Source: an uncultured Methanolobus sp. (GTDB taxonomy: Archaea > Halobacteriota > Methanosarcinia > Methanosarcinales > Methanosarcinaceae). From it: a stretch of DNA of 64,000 nt. This document shows positions 41,051 through 51,413 of this stretch, piece after piece (the stretch's first letter is position 1; each line of letters opens with the position of its first letter). The position numbers and the translations under genes are program-made. The notes under the pieces were generated by a model. It did not search any database. It was given only the letters and a program-made list of their open reading frames with translations, and had not been told where the DNA came from. Location of the stretch: positions 2,624,001 to 2,688,000 of the forward strand of contig OY776215.1 in assembly GCA_963675495.1 (NCBI GenBank). The letters are read 5' to 3'.

Positions 41051-44000
41051 ATGAAAATACCATCACAATATTTTCACATTAACAAGATTCACAGATTAAA
41101 ATTCAAACACATCATTCTGAACATATCAATATTATTGCTGATTTGCATGTTCCTCAGCGTACCTGCATCAGCCGTTTTATCCGTTGTTCCTTACTCCGGC
41201 GGCAGTGGTACAAGCGGAGACCCATATCTGCTATCATCTGACAGTGATATTTATGCATTATCCTTAACTTCTGCTGACTGGGATAAGTACTTCGTACTGA
41301 CCCAGAACATCACGCTTGTGGGCAATCACATTCCAATTGGTGATGGCAGCACTCAGTTCACAGGTAACTTTAACGGAAGCGGATTCGCAGTTAAGAACCT
41401 GACCGTTAATCAGACCACTGACTATGCCGGATTCTTTGGTAAAACGGGTTCCGGTGCTAACATTCATGATATTGGTGTAGAGGCAAGCTCAGATGGTGTT
41501 GTTTCAACAGGAGTCCGTGTCGGTGTTCTTGTTGGGTTTAATTATCATGGTGCTGTGAGCAACTGTTTTGCCACTGGTAATGCAACTGGTAGTCGTTATG
41601 TCGGCGGTCTTGTTGGGTTTAATCATCATGGCGCTGTGAGCAACAGTTTTGCCACTGGTAATGTCGCAGGTTCTAGTAGTTCTGTGGGCGGTCTTGTAGG
41701 CTATAATGATGACACTGTGAGCAACTGTTTTGCCACTGGTAATGTCACAGGTTCTGGTAATTATGTCGGCGGTCTTGTAGGCTTTAATAATGACACTGTG
41801 AGCAACAGTTATGCCACTGGCAATGTCACAGGTTCTGGCAATGTTACCAGTACTGGTTCTGTGGGCGGTCTTGTAGGCTATAATGTTGACACTGTGAACA
41901 ACAGTTTTGCCACCGGTACTGTCTTCGGTAGTTATTATGTCGGCGGTCTTGTAGGCTATAATGTTGACACTGTGAGCAACAGTTTTGCCACCGGTACTGC
42001 CTCCGGTAGTAGTTCTGTGGGCGGTCTTGTCGGGAGGAATACTGGCACTGTGAACAACAGTTACTATTCTGGCAGTCCGACTGATGCTGCCGGTACTTCT
42101 ACTTCCTATGACAACTTCACCAGTTTCACATTCGTTTCGGGAAGCCCGGGGCTGAACTGGAATTCAGGCGGCAACATCATCACAACGGAAGATAATTCAA
42201 GTGTCATATGGAAAATAGACGATGGCTCCAGTCTTCCGTACTTCCAGTGTCAGGATGCAACAACTGGCCCCTACTCCGGCGGTAGTGGTACGGTCGATGA
42301 CCCGTATCTGCTATCATCTGACAGTGATATTGATACATTGTCCATCACTTCTGCTGACTGGGACAAGTACTTCGTACTGACCCAGAACATCACACTTGTG
42401 GGTAATCACACGCCAATTGGTAATGGTAGCACCCAGTTCATAGGTAACTTTAACGGAAGCGGGTTTGCAGTAAAGAACCTGACCGTTTATCAGACAACTG
42501 ACTATGCAGGATTCTTTGGCTATGCAGGTTCTGGTGCTAACATCCTTGATCTTGGAGTAGAGACAAGCTCGGAAGGTGTTTTTTCAACTAGTAACTATGC
42601 CGGCGGTCTTGTCGGACGTAATTCTGGCACTGTGAGTAACAGTTATGCCACAGGTATTGCCACTGGTTATTCTTCTGTCGGCGTTCTTGCCGGGTATAAT
42701 TACCAGGGAACTGTGACCAACAGTTTTGCCATTGGTAATGCTACTGGTAATGCTACTGGTAGTAGTTCTGTCGGTGGTCTTATCGGGAATAATTACCAGG
42801 GCACTGTGACCAATAGTAATGCTAGCGGCAATGCTACAGGTAATAATCATGTCGGCGGTCTTGTCGGGTATAGTTACCAGGGTACTGTGACCAATAGTTA
42901 TGCTAGCAGCAATGCTACAGGTAATGATTATGTCGGCGGTCTTGTTGGGTGGAATTACAAGGGTACTGTGACCAATAGTTATGCTAGCGGCAATGCTACA
43001 GGTAATAATCATGTCGGTGGTCTTGTCGGGGATAATTCTGGTACAGTGAGTAGCAGTTATGCCACAGGTATTGCCACTGGTGTCAGCTGGGTAGGCGGTC
43101 TTGTCGGATATAATAGTCTTACTGTGAGCAACAGTTTTGCCACAGGCAATGCAATTGGTAGTAGTAATGTCGGTGGTCTTATCGGGTTTAATTGGGCTAC
43201 AGTGAGCAATAGTTTTGCCACTGGCAATGCTGCTGGTGTTGACCGTGTTGGCGGTCTTGTCGGGTATAATCGGGGTACTGTAATCAACAGTTATGCCACT
43301 GGTAATGTTACTGGTAGTAGTTCTGTCGGTGGTCTTGTCGGGTATAATTATGTTACTGTGCTCAACTGTTTTGCCACTGGCAATGCCATTGGTAGTAGTA
43401 ATATCGGCGGTCTTGTCGGGTATAATGATGGTACTGTAAGCAGCACTAGTTATTATTCCGGCAGTCCGGCTACTGGTGCTGGCACTTCTACTTCCTTTGC
43501 CAATTTCACCCGTTTCACATTCGTTTCAGAAAGTTCAGGTCTTAACTGGAATGCAAATGGCAATAATATCACAACAGTCGACGATTCTGACTTTATATGG
43601 AAGATTGTGGACGGCTATACTCATCCATACTTCCAGTATCAGGATCTGCCGTCACCGCTTGCACCATACGTAGAGACCATATCCCGGAGCAGTGGAATCA
43701 ATAACAGTGCAGGAAGTACATCATTCTGGTTGAACGTTACAGGAAGCTGCTTTAACATTACAGATCCTGTCGGTGTAAACCTTACAATGAACGGTCAAAC
43801 TCCGATAAACGGAACAATTGACAGCATCACTCACACCACGATCAATGCTACATTCAACCTGACACAGGCTATTGCCGGTGACTGGTCACTGTATGTCATA
43901 AACCCTGACGGACAGACCTCAACAGCGAAGACATTTGCAGTTGGATCACTTTTCATGTCGGGAACTCCTGAAAGTTTCATAAACTCCACCGGCAATTCAT

Positions 44001-45451
44001 GGGTAAACCATAGCTGGAATGCAGGTGTTGGAGATATCACCGATTCCTATAACGTAAGCTATAACGGAAACTGGCAGAACGGTACGGCAAACAGTTTCAA
44101 TCATACCGGACTTTCTGCCCATGCATGGTCCAACATCACTGTCTATGCATACAATGCCACGGATTCCACACTTTCAGCAGGAGCCAGTGACAACGTCCGG
44201 ATACCAAACAACACTATCGCCATCCTCAATGTAACGGACATCACTGTCAGCGAAGGAGAAAATGTCACCTTTGACATCAACTTCACAGATGCAGACGGCG
44301 ATACACCGACATTTGACTGCAACAGGAGTTCCCTGTTCGACAGCTTCAACACCAGCACCGGTGAAGGTGTATGGACGACAGATATCAGTGATGCAGGAAG
44401 CTACTACATTAAGTTCAACGTAAGTGACGGTTATGGTTCGTTTGATTCTCAGGTAATGCACATCATCATAAACGACACCATTATCCCGGTTGCCAATTTC
44501 AGTGCAAACACTGTAACAGGGTATGCTCCGCTAAGTGTACAATTCACAGATAACTCCAGCAATATCCCAGCAGCCTGGTTCTGGGACTTTGGTGACGGAA
44601 CGAACTCCACTGAGCAGAATCCTGTTATTCATACCTACAATGTTGCAGGTATCTATAATGTAAGTCTGAACGCAAGCAACTTTGCTGGAAGCAACCTCAG
44701 CAGTAACCTGAGCATCACCGTGACAACAGCACCAAGTTCAGGATCATCCGGTTCCGGTGGTGGAAGTGGAAACTCCGGAAAGTTATCCATCCGTGAGGTG
44801 GATGGATTGGATGAACCTGAAGATAGTATCAGTGAAGATAACACAGAAGGAAAAAGCACAGAAAATATTGGTTCAGTAAGTTTTGAAACAGATACTGGCG
44901 GTGAAACTCTAGGTGATATTACGGCTTGGTCAAGTGAAAAGACCGCACGTCTCAGCGTTAGTGCCGGTACAAAGGTCACTGATGCGTCAGGTGGATCTGT
45001 TCACAGTATTAGAATACGGGATATCCCGGCATCTGCTGTTCCGGCAGCAACTGGTGTTCCTGATATGGATAGTGCGATTACCTTGCAGTCTTATGAGTGT
45101 ACACCTGACGGAACAACATTCTCTCCGGCCATTCAACTGACATTTGAACTGAGCGAGGAAGAATGGGAACAATACGGAGAAAGTGCAAAGGTCGGCTGGT
45201 ACAATGATGACACCGGTCAGTGGGAAATCATCCAGGGGACGGCAGATGCCAGTGCAAGGACCATTAGCATTCAGGTCTCACACTTCAGTAAATATGCTCT
45301 CTTCGGAGCTGATACCAGTGAACCTGTGACAGAAACACAGGATGCAGAGACACAGAGCGGTATGTCCATGTCCTGGCTGTGGATGCTTTTGCTTCTGGCA
45401 ATTGTCGGAGGAGCCGGGTATTATGTTACACAGGTAAAGAAAAAGGAGTAA
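41051..45451 (+). CDS. Large cell-surface protein with GLUG repeats, PKD domain and C-terminal TM anchor
   Basis: Signal peptide; many VGGLVGYN..TVSNSYATG repeats; PKD WFWDFGDG; HFSKYALF; TM helix followed by KKKE. Confidence 0.92.
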   Translation: MKIPSQYFHINKIHRLKFKHIILNISILLLICMFLSVPASAVLSVVPYSGGSGTSGDPYLLSSDSDIYALSLTSADWDKYFVLTQNITLVGNHIPIGDGSTQFTGNFNGSGFAVKNLTVNQTTDYAGFFGKTGSGANIHDIGVEASSDGVVSTGVRVGVLVGFNYHGAVSNCFATGNATGSRYVGGLVGFNHHGAVSNSFATGNVAGSSSSVGGLVGYNDDTVSNCFATGNVTGSGNYVGGLVGFNNDTVSNSYATGNVTGSGNVTSTGSVGGLVGYNVDTVNNSFATGTVFGSYYVGGLVGYNVDTVSNSFATGTASGSSSVGGLVGRNTGTVNNSYYSGSPTDAAGTSTSYDNFTSFTFVSGSPGLNWNSGGNIITTEDNSSVIWKIDDGSSLPYFQCQDATTGPYSGGSGTVDDPYLLSSDSDIDTLSITSADWDKYFVLTQNITLVGNHTPIGNGSTQFIGNFNGSGFAVKNLTVYQTTDYAGFFGYAGSGANILDLGVETSSEGVFSTSNYAGGLVGRNSGTVSNSYATGIATGYSSVGVLAGYNYQGTVTNSFAIGNATGNATGSSSVGGLIGNNYQGTVTNSNASGNATGNNHVGGLVGYSYQGTVTNSYASSNATGNDYVGGLVGWNYKGTVTNSYASGNATGNNHVGGLVGDNSGTVSSSYATGIATGVSWVGGLVGYNSLTVSNSFATGNAIGSSNVGGLIGFNWATVSNSFATGNAAGVDRVGGLVGYNRGTVINSYATGNVTGSSSVGGLVGYNYVTVLNCFATGNAIGSSNIGGLVGYNDGTVSSTSYYSGSPATGAGTSTSFANFTRFTFVSESSGLNWNANGNNITTVDDSDFIWKIVDGYTHPYFQYQDLPSPLAPYVETISRSSGINNSAGSTSFWLNVTGSCFNITDPVGVNLTMNGQTPINGTIDSITHTTINATFNLTQAIAGDWSLYVINPDGQTSTAKTFAVGSLFMSGTPESFINSTGNSWVNHSWNAGVGDITDSYNVSYNGNWQNGTANSFNHTGLSAHAWSNITVYAYNATDSTLSAGASDNVRIPNNTIAILNVTDITVSEGENVTFDINFTDADGDTPTFDCNRSSLFDSFNTSTGEGVWTTDISDAGSYYIKFNVSDGYGSFDSQVMHIIINDTIIPVANFSANTVTGYAPLSVQFTDNSSNIPAAWFWDFGDGTNSTEQNPVIHTYNVAGIYNVSLNASNFAGSNLSSNLSITVTTAPSSGSSGSGGGSGNSGKLSIREVDGLDEPEDSISEDNTEGKSTENIGSVSFETDTGGETLGDITAWSSEKTARLSVSAGTKVTDASGGSVHSIRIRDIPASAVPAATGVPDMDSAITLQSYECTPDGTTFSPAIQLTFELSEEEWEQYGESAKVGWYNDDTGQWEIIQGTADASARTISIQVSHFSKYALFGADTSEPVTETQDAETQSGMSMSWLWMLLLLAIVGGAGYYVTQVKKKE
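41185..43640 (+). repeat. Two duplicated GLUG modules, each with tandem repeats of about 26-27 aa
   Basis: PYSGGSGT..DPYLLSSDSDI..SADWDKYFVLTQNITL begins near 41190 and again near 42270. Confidence 0.88.
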
Positions 45452-45480
45452 TGCCGTAATCGTCGGCATTTTTTATTTTT
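45450..45480 (+). terminator. Hairpin plus T-tract terminator
   Basis: AATGCCG / CGGCATT followed by TTTTATTTTT. Confidence 0.6.
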
Positions 45481-45626
45481 TATTTTGATGTGTTTTTTGC
45501 AGGTTCTATGGATAACGTATCAGAAAATTAATACATATAGGTAGAATGCTTCAATCTAATACTCACATTAGAAACCGCTATTTCAGCACAAAACGTTAAT
45601 CTATATAAGTTCTAAATATAGTTCCA

Positions 45627-46373
45627 ATGGATAGTATCATCTCAATAAATGGTCTTTCAAAGAGCTTTGGTCATAGAAAGGCACTGAAGGATATTCACCT
45701 TGAGATTCGAAAAGGTGAATTTGTTGTCATATTTGGTCCAAACGGTGCGGGGAAGACCACTCTTTTTAAGGTGATATCCACAATTATTGAACCTACCAGG
45801 GGAAATGTGCTGATAAGTGGGATTGACAACAAAAAAGACCCTTCTAAAATTAGGGGGATGATGGGCGCTATTTCCCACGAAACATATCTCTATGATGAGC
45901 TTACAGCAAGGGAAAATCTGGTTTTTTTCTCACGTATGTACGGTGTTGAAAAAAGCATTATTGATGAAAGGGTTGACGAGATTCTAAAGAATGTCAACCT
46001 CCTCCAGCGTGCTGACGAGAGAGCCGGGTCATTTTCACGGGGAATGAAACAGAGACTTTCAATTGCAAGAGCACTGTTACATCGTCCTGAGATTCTGCTA
46101 ATGGATGAACCCTACACCGGCCTTGACCAGCATGCAGCTGCAAATTTTGAACGTGTCCTCATGAATACTGGCAATTCGGATGTAACCCGGATAATGATAA
46201 CCCATAACATTGAGAGGGCTTTTGAGCTATGTGATCGCATGCTCATTATGGACAGGGGAGAGCTACGTTTCGATAAACAAAAAAAAGATGTTGCAAGTGT
46301 AGAAGAGTTCAGGAAAGCATACCTTTCCATAGTGGAAAAGGATACGGACTTCGAGGGTAACAGCAACTTTTAG
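45627..46373 (+). CDS. ccmA: Heme ABC exporter ATP-binding protein
   Basis: GPNGAGKTT, FSRGMKQR, MDEPYTGLD; adjacent to ccmB and ccmC. Confidence 0.88.
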   Translation: MDSIISINGLSKSFGHRKALKDIHLEIRKGEFVVIFGPNGAGKTTLFKVISTIIEPTRGNVLISGIDNKKDPSKIRGMMGAISHETYLYDELTARENLVFFSRMYGVEKSIIDERVDEILKNVNLLQRADERAGSFSRGMKQRLSIARALLHRPEILLMDEPYTGLDQHAAANFERVLMNTGNSDVTRIMITHNIERAFELCDRMLIMDRGELRFDKQKKDVASVEEFRKAYLSIVEKDTDFEGNSNF

Positions 46374-46395
46374 GACAGCATAATTGGTGGAATAG

Positions 46396-47070
46396 ATGAT
46401 GAAAAGCCTCTACATTGCAGCAAAAGACCTGAAGTCAGAGTTTCGCACAAAGCAGATGCTCAATTCCATGCTTATATTCTCATTGGTAGTCATTGTTATC
46501 TTCAGTATCTCATTTGGTGACCTCCTCAGCCAGCCGGAAATCGTTGTAAAACTTGCTCCGGGTGTGCTCTGGATAGCTTTCACCTTTGCAGGCACTCTGG
46601 GACTTTCACGTTCCTTTGCAGGTGAGATGGAAAACGGATGCCTTGAAGGTTTGAAACTCTCACCCATTGACAGAAGCTCGATCTACATCGGGAAAACAAT
46701 ATCAAATGCAGTACTCATGTTTATAGTGGAATTGATTACAATTCCAATTTTTATTGTGCTTTTCAACTACAATATAACAGGAATCATCGGACTTGTAATA
46801 GTTATCTTCCTGGGAACCTTCGGTTTTGTAAGTGTGGGTACTCTGCTCTCAGCACTCTCAACTAGCACAAGAGCAAGGGAAATCATGCTCCCGGTGCTTT
46901 TGCTTCCGCTTATCATCCCGGTCTTAATTCCTGCGGTAATGGCAACCGGAAAGGTACTTGTGGATGGGGATATTGGAAATATAGGTTCGGAACTGCGATT
47001 GCTGCTGGTATATGATCTCATCTTCTTTGTTGCTGGTCAGCTTGTGTTTGAATATACTATAATGGACTGA
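46396..47070 (+). CDS. ccmB: Heme exporter protein B
   Basis: KDLKSEFR, PGVLWIAFTFAG, LLLPLIIPVLI. Confidence 0.92.
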   Translation: MMKSLYIAAKDLKSEFRTKQMLNSMLIFSLVVIVIFSISFGDLLSQPEIVVKLAPGVLWIAFTFAGTLGLSRSFAGEMENGCLEGLKLSPIDRSSIYIGKTISNAVLMFIVELITIPIFIVLFNYNITGIIGLVIVIFLGTFGFVSVGTLLSALSTSTRAREIMLPVLLLPLIIPVLIPAVMATGKVLVDGDIGNIGSELRLLLVYDLIFFVAGQLVFEYTIMD

Positions 47071-47148
47071 AATTAGCAGGTCAGACTGGAATACGGGATT
47101 TATGAAAAGCATTTAAACCAGGAGTTTTAATAAGGCAGAGGAACAATC

Positions 47149-47859
47149 ATGCTCATCGACAGGAAAAAAGAGAGAATAATTGCAGCAATCACATTCCCTG
47201 TTATGCTAATTGCCATATGGATGGTCTTTTTTTATGTGCCCCAGATGAAAGGAAATGCCGGTGAGGTACTTGACAGTAGTTTTAAGATATTCTATTTCCA
47301 CCTGCCAATAGCAATGGTGGCATACCTGTCATTCACAGTGGTTTTTATTGCCAGTATAATGCAACTTAGGGGAAACAGCAGAAAATGGGACATTGTTGCT
47401 CACTCCGCCGCAGAAGTGGGAGTTGTGTTTGCTTTCCTCGTACTTGCAACGGGGTCCATATGGGCAAAAGCCACATGGGGATGGTACTGGGTTTGGGAAC
47501 CTCGGCTCACTACATCTCTTGCCCTCTTTCTCGTTTATCTTGCCTACCTGATGCTTCGGCAGGCACTTGAAGAACCTGAGAAGAGAGCACGTCTTGCAGC
47601 TGTCTTTGGAATTGTGGGTTTTCTCTCTGTTCCGCTTAGTTTCTTCTCAATAAGGCTGTGGCGTTCAGCTCACCCCCTTATGTTCGGTGGCTCCTCCTAT
47701 GGAGACAGTGGCGGAGGGCTTGAAGGCACTTCATTGCGTCTAGCGCTTCTGGTCAACATGCTGGCCTTTGCGCTGTTATTTGCATCAATGCTTATCTACC
47801 GGGTTAACAACGAAGCCCTAAAGGAAGAGCTGGATGAAGCAAAGTATAAGTCTGCATGA
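47149..47859 (+). CDS. ccmC: Heme exporter protein C
   Basis: IFYFHLP, TGSIWAKATWGWYWVWEPRLT (WWD domain), RSAHP. Confidence 0.92.
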   Translation: MLIDRKKERIIAAITFPVMLIAIWMVFFYVPQMKGNAGEVLDSSFKIFYFHLPIAMVAYLSFTVVFIASIMQLRGNSRKWDIVAHSAAEVGVVFAFLVLATGSIWAKATWGWYWVWEPRLTTSLALFLVYLAYLMLRQALEEPEKRARLAAVFGIVGFLSVPLSFFSIRLWRSAHPLMFGGSSYGDSGGGLEGTSLRLALLVNMLAFALLFASMLIYRVNNEALKEELDEAKYKSA

Positions 47860-47901
47860 GGCTAAGAAAAGCATATAAGCCACTGGCATCAATATTCCTG
47901 T

Positions 47902-48993
47902 ATGTTGTTCGAATCGATAGAACTTGGGAATATGGATGTTCCAAATCGTTTTGTACGCTCGGCTACCCATGAGTGGATGGCAGAACCTGATGGCACACCA
48001 ACTGAAAGACTGGGTGAGCTCTACGAAGAACTTGCACGCAATGATGTCGGGCTTATCATAACAGGATATGCATACGTCAATCCTAAAGGTAAAAGTGACC
48101 GCCTTCAGCAAGGAATCTACGATGACAGGTTCATAGAACCTTACAGGAAAATGGTTTCCAGGGTTCATGAGCATGGGGGCAAGATCGTAGTTCAGATAGT
48201 TCACGGTGGCAGGCAGACCATGTTAAGCGCCGAAACTCCAATTATACTTGCACCATCAGCCGTTACAAATAAAAGAAACGGTATAACTCCCGAGGAAATG
48301 ACCGAAGAAGAAGTCCTTGAGACAATAGAGGACTTTGCCAATGCTGCAAGAAGGGCAAAGGAAGCAGGTTTTGATGGTGTGCAATTGCACTGCGCTCACG
48401 GTTTTTTGCTCAGCAATTTTATTTCTCCCTACACAAACAGACGCAAGGACAGGTGGGGTGGTTCAACAGAAAAGAGGACACAGGTAATCCTGGATATCAT
48501 TACGAGGATACATGAGATGATCGGTAATGATTTTCCGATCCTTGTCAAATTGAATGCTACTGATGGATTCCCGAAAGGCAAGAAAAACGTCCTCGATGCT
48601 CCTGAATGTGTTGAGATAGCAAAGATACTGGCTGCAAATGGTGTGTGTGCCATTGAGGTCAGTGGCGGTATTGTTGAAGCCGGGCAGGAGATGTTCAGGA
48701 CAAAAGTAGACAGACCTGAAGACGAGGCATATTACAGGGACTACTCGAAAATGATAAGAGAAGCTGTTGATGTGCCTGTTATAGTGGTAGGTGGCATACG
48801 TTCCAAGGCTGTTATGGAGCAGATGCTTGCAGAAGGGTATGCGGATATGGTATCCCTGTGCAGGCCGCTCATATGTGAACCTGACCTTGTTGCAAAAATA
48901 AGGGATGGTGACACAGAGGTTGTGAAATGCGTATCCTGCAACCTGTGCTCTGATGAGAGAGGCATAAAATGTAATTATGATTTCGGCAACTGA
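47902..48993 (+). CDS. NADH:flavin oxidoreductase (old yellow enzyme family)
   Basis: NRFVRSATHE, QIVHGG, AGFDGVQLHCAHGFLL, NRRKDRWGGS. Confidence 0.93.
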   Translation: MLFESIELGNMDVPNRFVRSATHEWMAEPDGTPTERLGELYEELARNDVGLIITGYAYVNPKGKSDRLQQGIYDDRFIEPYRKMVSRVHEHGGKIVVQIVHGGRQTMLSAETPIILAPSAVTNKRNGITPEEMTEEEVLETIEDFANAARRAKEAGFDGVQLHCAHGFLLSNFISPYTNRRKDRWGGSTEKRTQVILDIITRIHEMIGNDFPILVKLNATDGFPKGKKNVLDAPECVEIAKILAANGVCAIEVSGGIVEAGQEMFRTKVDRPEDEAYYRDYSKMIREAVDVPVIVVGGIRSKAVMEQMLAEGYADMVSLCRPLICEPDLVAKIRDGDTEVVKCVSCNLCSDERGIKCNYDFGN

Positions 48994-49649
48994 AGACAGT
49001 TGTATGAGGGGTCAAGCTTTCGCAGGAACTCTACCAGGTGTATGTGGTCTTTTATGACCATATCCGCCTGTTGGAATTTTTCAGGGCCAAGGTAGGTTGG
49101 TATTGCTACACAACACAAGCCTGCCTTTTTCGCAGCCTCCACACCCATGGGGGCATTTTCTATTACAATACCTTCATGACTGGAAATACCAAGCATTTCC
49201 ACCGCTTTGAGGTATGGGTCTGGTTCAGGTTTTCCACGTTCAACATCATCGGCAGTTACAATTCCCTTAAATGTTCCGGGGTACTGGGAACTGATAATAT
49301 CATTAACAATTGGTTTGTCTGAACCCGACACAACAGCAAGGTCAAATTTCTCCTTCAGGTCAGTAAGGCATTCCTGCATGCCGTCAAAGACCTTAAGCTC
49401 CACTATCCTGTTAAACTCGGAAATATATCTCTCAACAATATCTGATATGTCATAATTTGATGCATTACCAGTTCCCTTATCGAGCAGGAATGCAACGATG
49501 TCCACGGTTCTTTCTCCTTCTCTTTCAAAGATATCCTGTTGATCCATTTCCACACCTATCTCATCGAAGATATTATTCACAGCTTGTGCGTGATAGGACA
49601 TCGAATCAACAAGCACACCATCCATATCGAATATTATTGCCTTTAACAA
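48975..49649 (-). CDS. HAD-family phosphatase
   Basis: IFDMDGVLVDS, GKPEPDPYL, VIENAPMG; TTG start after GGTGA. Confidence 0.9.
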   Translation of the reverse strand: MLKAIIFDMDGVLVDSMSYHAQAVNNIFDEIGVEMDQQDIFEREGERTVDIVAFLLDKGTGNASNYDISDIVERYISEFNRIVELKVFDGMQECLTDLKEKFDLAVVSGSDKPIVNDIISSQYPGTFKGIVTADDVERGKPEPDPYLKAVEMLGISSHEGIVIENAPMGVEAAKKAGLCCVAIPTYLGPEKFQQADMVIKDHIHLVEFLRKLDPSYNCLQLPKS

Positions 49650-49684
49650 ATCATCACCACTAGGAGGAAGCATCGTTTCGCATT

Positions 49685-50605
49685 CTATAAACCATTTTTG
49701 TCTTTTCTGGATGACCAGTATGTGGCAAGGGCGGAGCCCATGATGTTATGCCATATGCTGAATAAAGCCCCCGGAAGAGCTGCTAGTGGAGAGAAATACT
49801 TAGCAGCAAGAGCCACACTCAATCCTGAATTCTGCATTCCGACCTCAATTGCCAGGGTTCTTGCATCCTTTTCATCGAGTCCCAGTGCTTTTGAAAGGAA
49901 ATAACCGCTTGCAAATCCAAATCCATTGTGGAGGATGACTGCAATAATTACAAGTTTTCCGGCAACAAGGATGTTATCTTTATTCAGGGCAATGATAATA
50001 GCAATGATAAACACTATTGTGGCTACTGACAGTGCCGGGAAAGCATGTCTGAATCTTTCAATATGTTTATCGAAGAGTGTGCTCACGATGACACCAAGCG
50101 CTACCGGGACAAGTACTATCTTTACAATGCTTAGCATCATGCTCCCGACTTCCACAGGTACTGCCTGTCCGATATAAAGCCATGTAAGTGCAGGTGTCAG
50201 GAAGAAAGCCAGTAGTGTGGAAACAGATGTAAGTGTTATTGAAAGTGCCACATCCCCCTTTGCAAGATAACAGATGACATTTGAAGCTGTACCTCCGGGA
50301 CAGGATCCCAACAGTACCATTCCTGCCATTATCTCAATGGGAAGGTTGAGCAGATAAGAAAGGATGAAGGCAATGAGTGGCATGAGTATGTATTGCATGG
50401 CAGTTCCAAGGGCTATAACACGAGGTCTTTTGAGCACAAGTAGAAAATCGTTTGCTGAAAGTGTAATTCCCATTCCAAACATTACAATTCCAAGCAGGGG
50501 AGTTATGGCATTTTTATAAGGGGAAAATACAGATGGGTAGGCAAAGGCTATTATTGAGAAAATAATTGCCCACAGGGGGAAAAGAGAGTTGAATCTTTTA
50601 ATCAT
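49685..50605 (-). CDS. Bile acid:sodium symporter family transporter (PanS-like)
   Basis: MFGMGITL, CPGGTASNV, EVGMQNSGL, FSIWHN. Confidence 0.93.
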   Translation of the reverse strand: MIKRFNSLFPLWAIIFSIIAFAYPSVFSPYKNAITPLLGIVMFGMGITLSANDFLLVLKRPRVIALGTAMQYILMPLIAFILSYLLNLPIEIMAGMVLLGSCPGGTASNVICYLAKGDVALSITLTSVSTLLAFFLTPALTWLYIGQAVPVEVGSMMLSIVKIVLVPVALGVIVSTLFDKHIERFRHAFPALSVATIVFIIAIIIALNKDNILVAGKLVIIAVILHNGFGFASGYFLSKALGLDEKDARTLAIEVGMQNSGLSVALAAKYFSPLAALPGALFSIWHNIMGSALATYWSSRKDKNGL

Positions 50606-50701
50606 TATCTGTTCCTGAAAACTGGGGTTTAAATAACTACAACTTGACCATGTAGTTTGGAACTGATAATATAAATAGTACAGTTTCTTATTACTTGAAC
50701 C

Positions 50702-51370
50702 ATGAGACTGGATGCATACCTTGTGGAAATGGGTTATTTTAAGTCAAGAGCCAGGGCAAAAACCGCCATACTCAATGGAAATGTCAAGGTAGATCGCACT
50801 ATTGTAAAAAAACCTTCCAGGGATATCAATACAAATGTTGAGGTTGATGTAGAGGAAGGGCTTGATATGCCCCGGGGTTATTTCAAGCTCAAAAATATAC
50901 AGGATGCAACAGGTCTGATCTCAGAAGGTGACAGGGTACTTGACCTTGGTTCAAGTGCCGGGGGCTTCCTGATGCTTGCATCTGAGATTGCATCTTCTGT
51001 CAAAGGTGTGGAATTCAGCAGGGATTTTAGCACGGAACTCGAAAAAGTAGCGGATGAGAAAGAAAATGTTTCCTTTATATTCGGGGATGTATTCAATATC
51101 CCTTTGCAAGAGATGTCTCGTGATAAGGTTGATGTGATACTCAGCGATATGACACTTGAACCTCTGGATTCTCTGGCAGCTCTTGAGAGGGTGTTGCCAC
51201 TGTTGAGGCATGAAGGCAAACTGCTTCAGGTGATCAAGATGGGAAAGCAGAAGAACAGCAAACCAGTTCTTGCAAAAGCAGAATCAATGGGGCTGAAAAT
51301 TATCGAGGTTCGGGAATCTGAAAAGCAGGAGATATATATAATTGCACAAAAAATGATGCAGTTAGAGTAA
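50702..51370 (+). CDS. S4-domain FtsJ/TlyA-like RNA methyltransferase
   Basis: MRLDAYLV..SRARAK..GNVKVD (S4); VLDLGSSAGG, ILSDM. Confidence 0.88.
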   Translation: MRLDAYLVEMGYFKSRARAKTAILNGNVKVDRTIVKKPSRDINTNVEVDVEEGLDMPRGYFKLKNIQDATGLISEGDRVLDLGSSAGGFLMLASEIASSVKGVEFSRDFSTELEKVADEKENVSFIFGDVFNIPLQEMSRDKVDVILSDMTLEPLDSLAALERVLPLLRHEGKLLQVIKMGKQKNSKPVLAKAESMGLKIIEVRESEKQEIYIIAQKMMQLE

Positions 51371-51413
51371 GAATTATGGATGAATTTAAGTTTAAAACAA
51401 AGATTAAATCGAG

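Noticed and set aside
41500-43450. Regular repeats as a possible CRISPR array
   Set aside because: Degenerate in-frame GLUG coding repeats, no unique spacers and no cas genes
21965-49687. Pyrrolysine readthrough at TAG stops (21965, 29055, 46373, 49685 and the TAG within 23001-23218)
   Set aside because: Readthrough enters a neighbouring gene or stops soon after; the 23 kb fragment also has a frameshift, so decay is the simpler explanation
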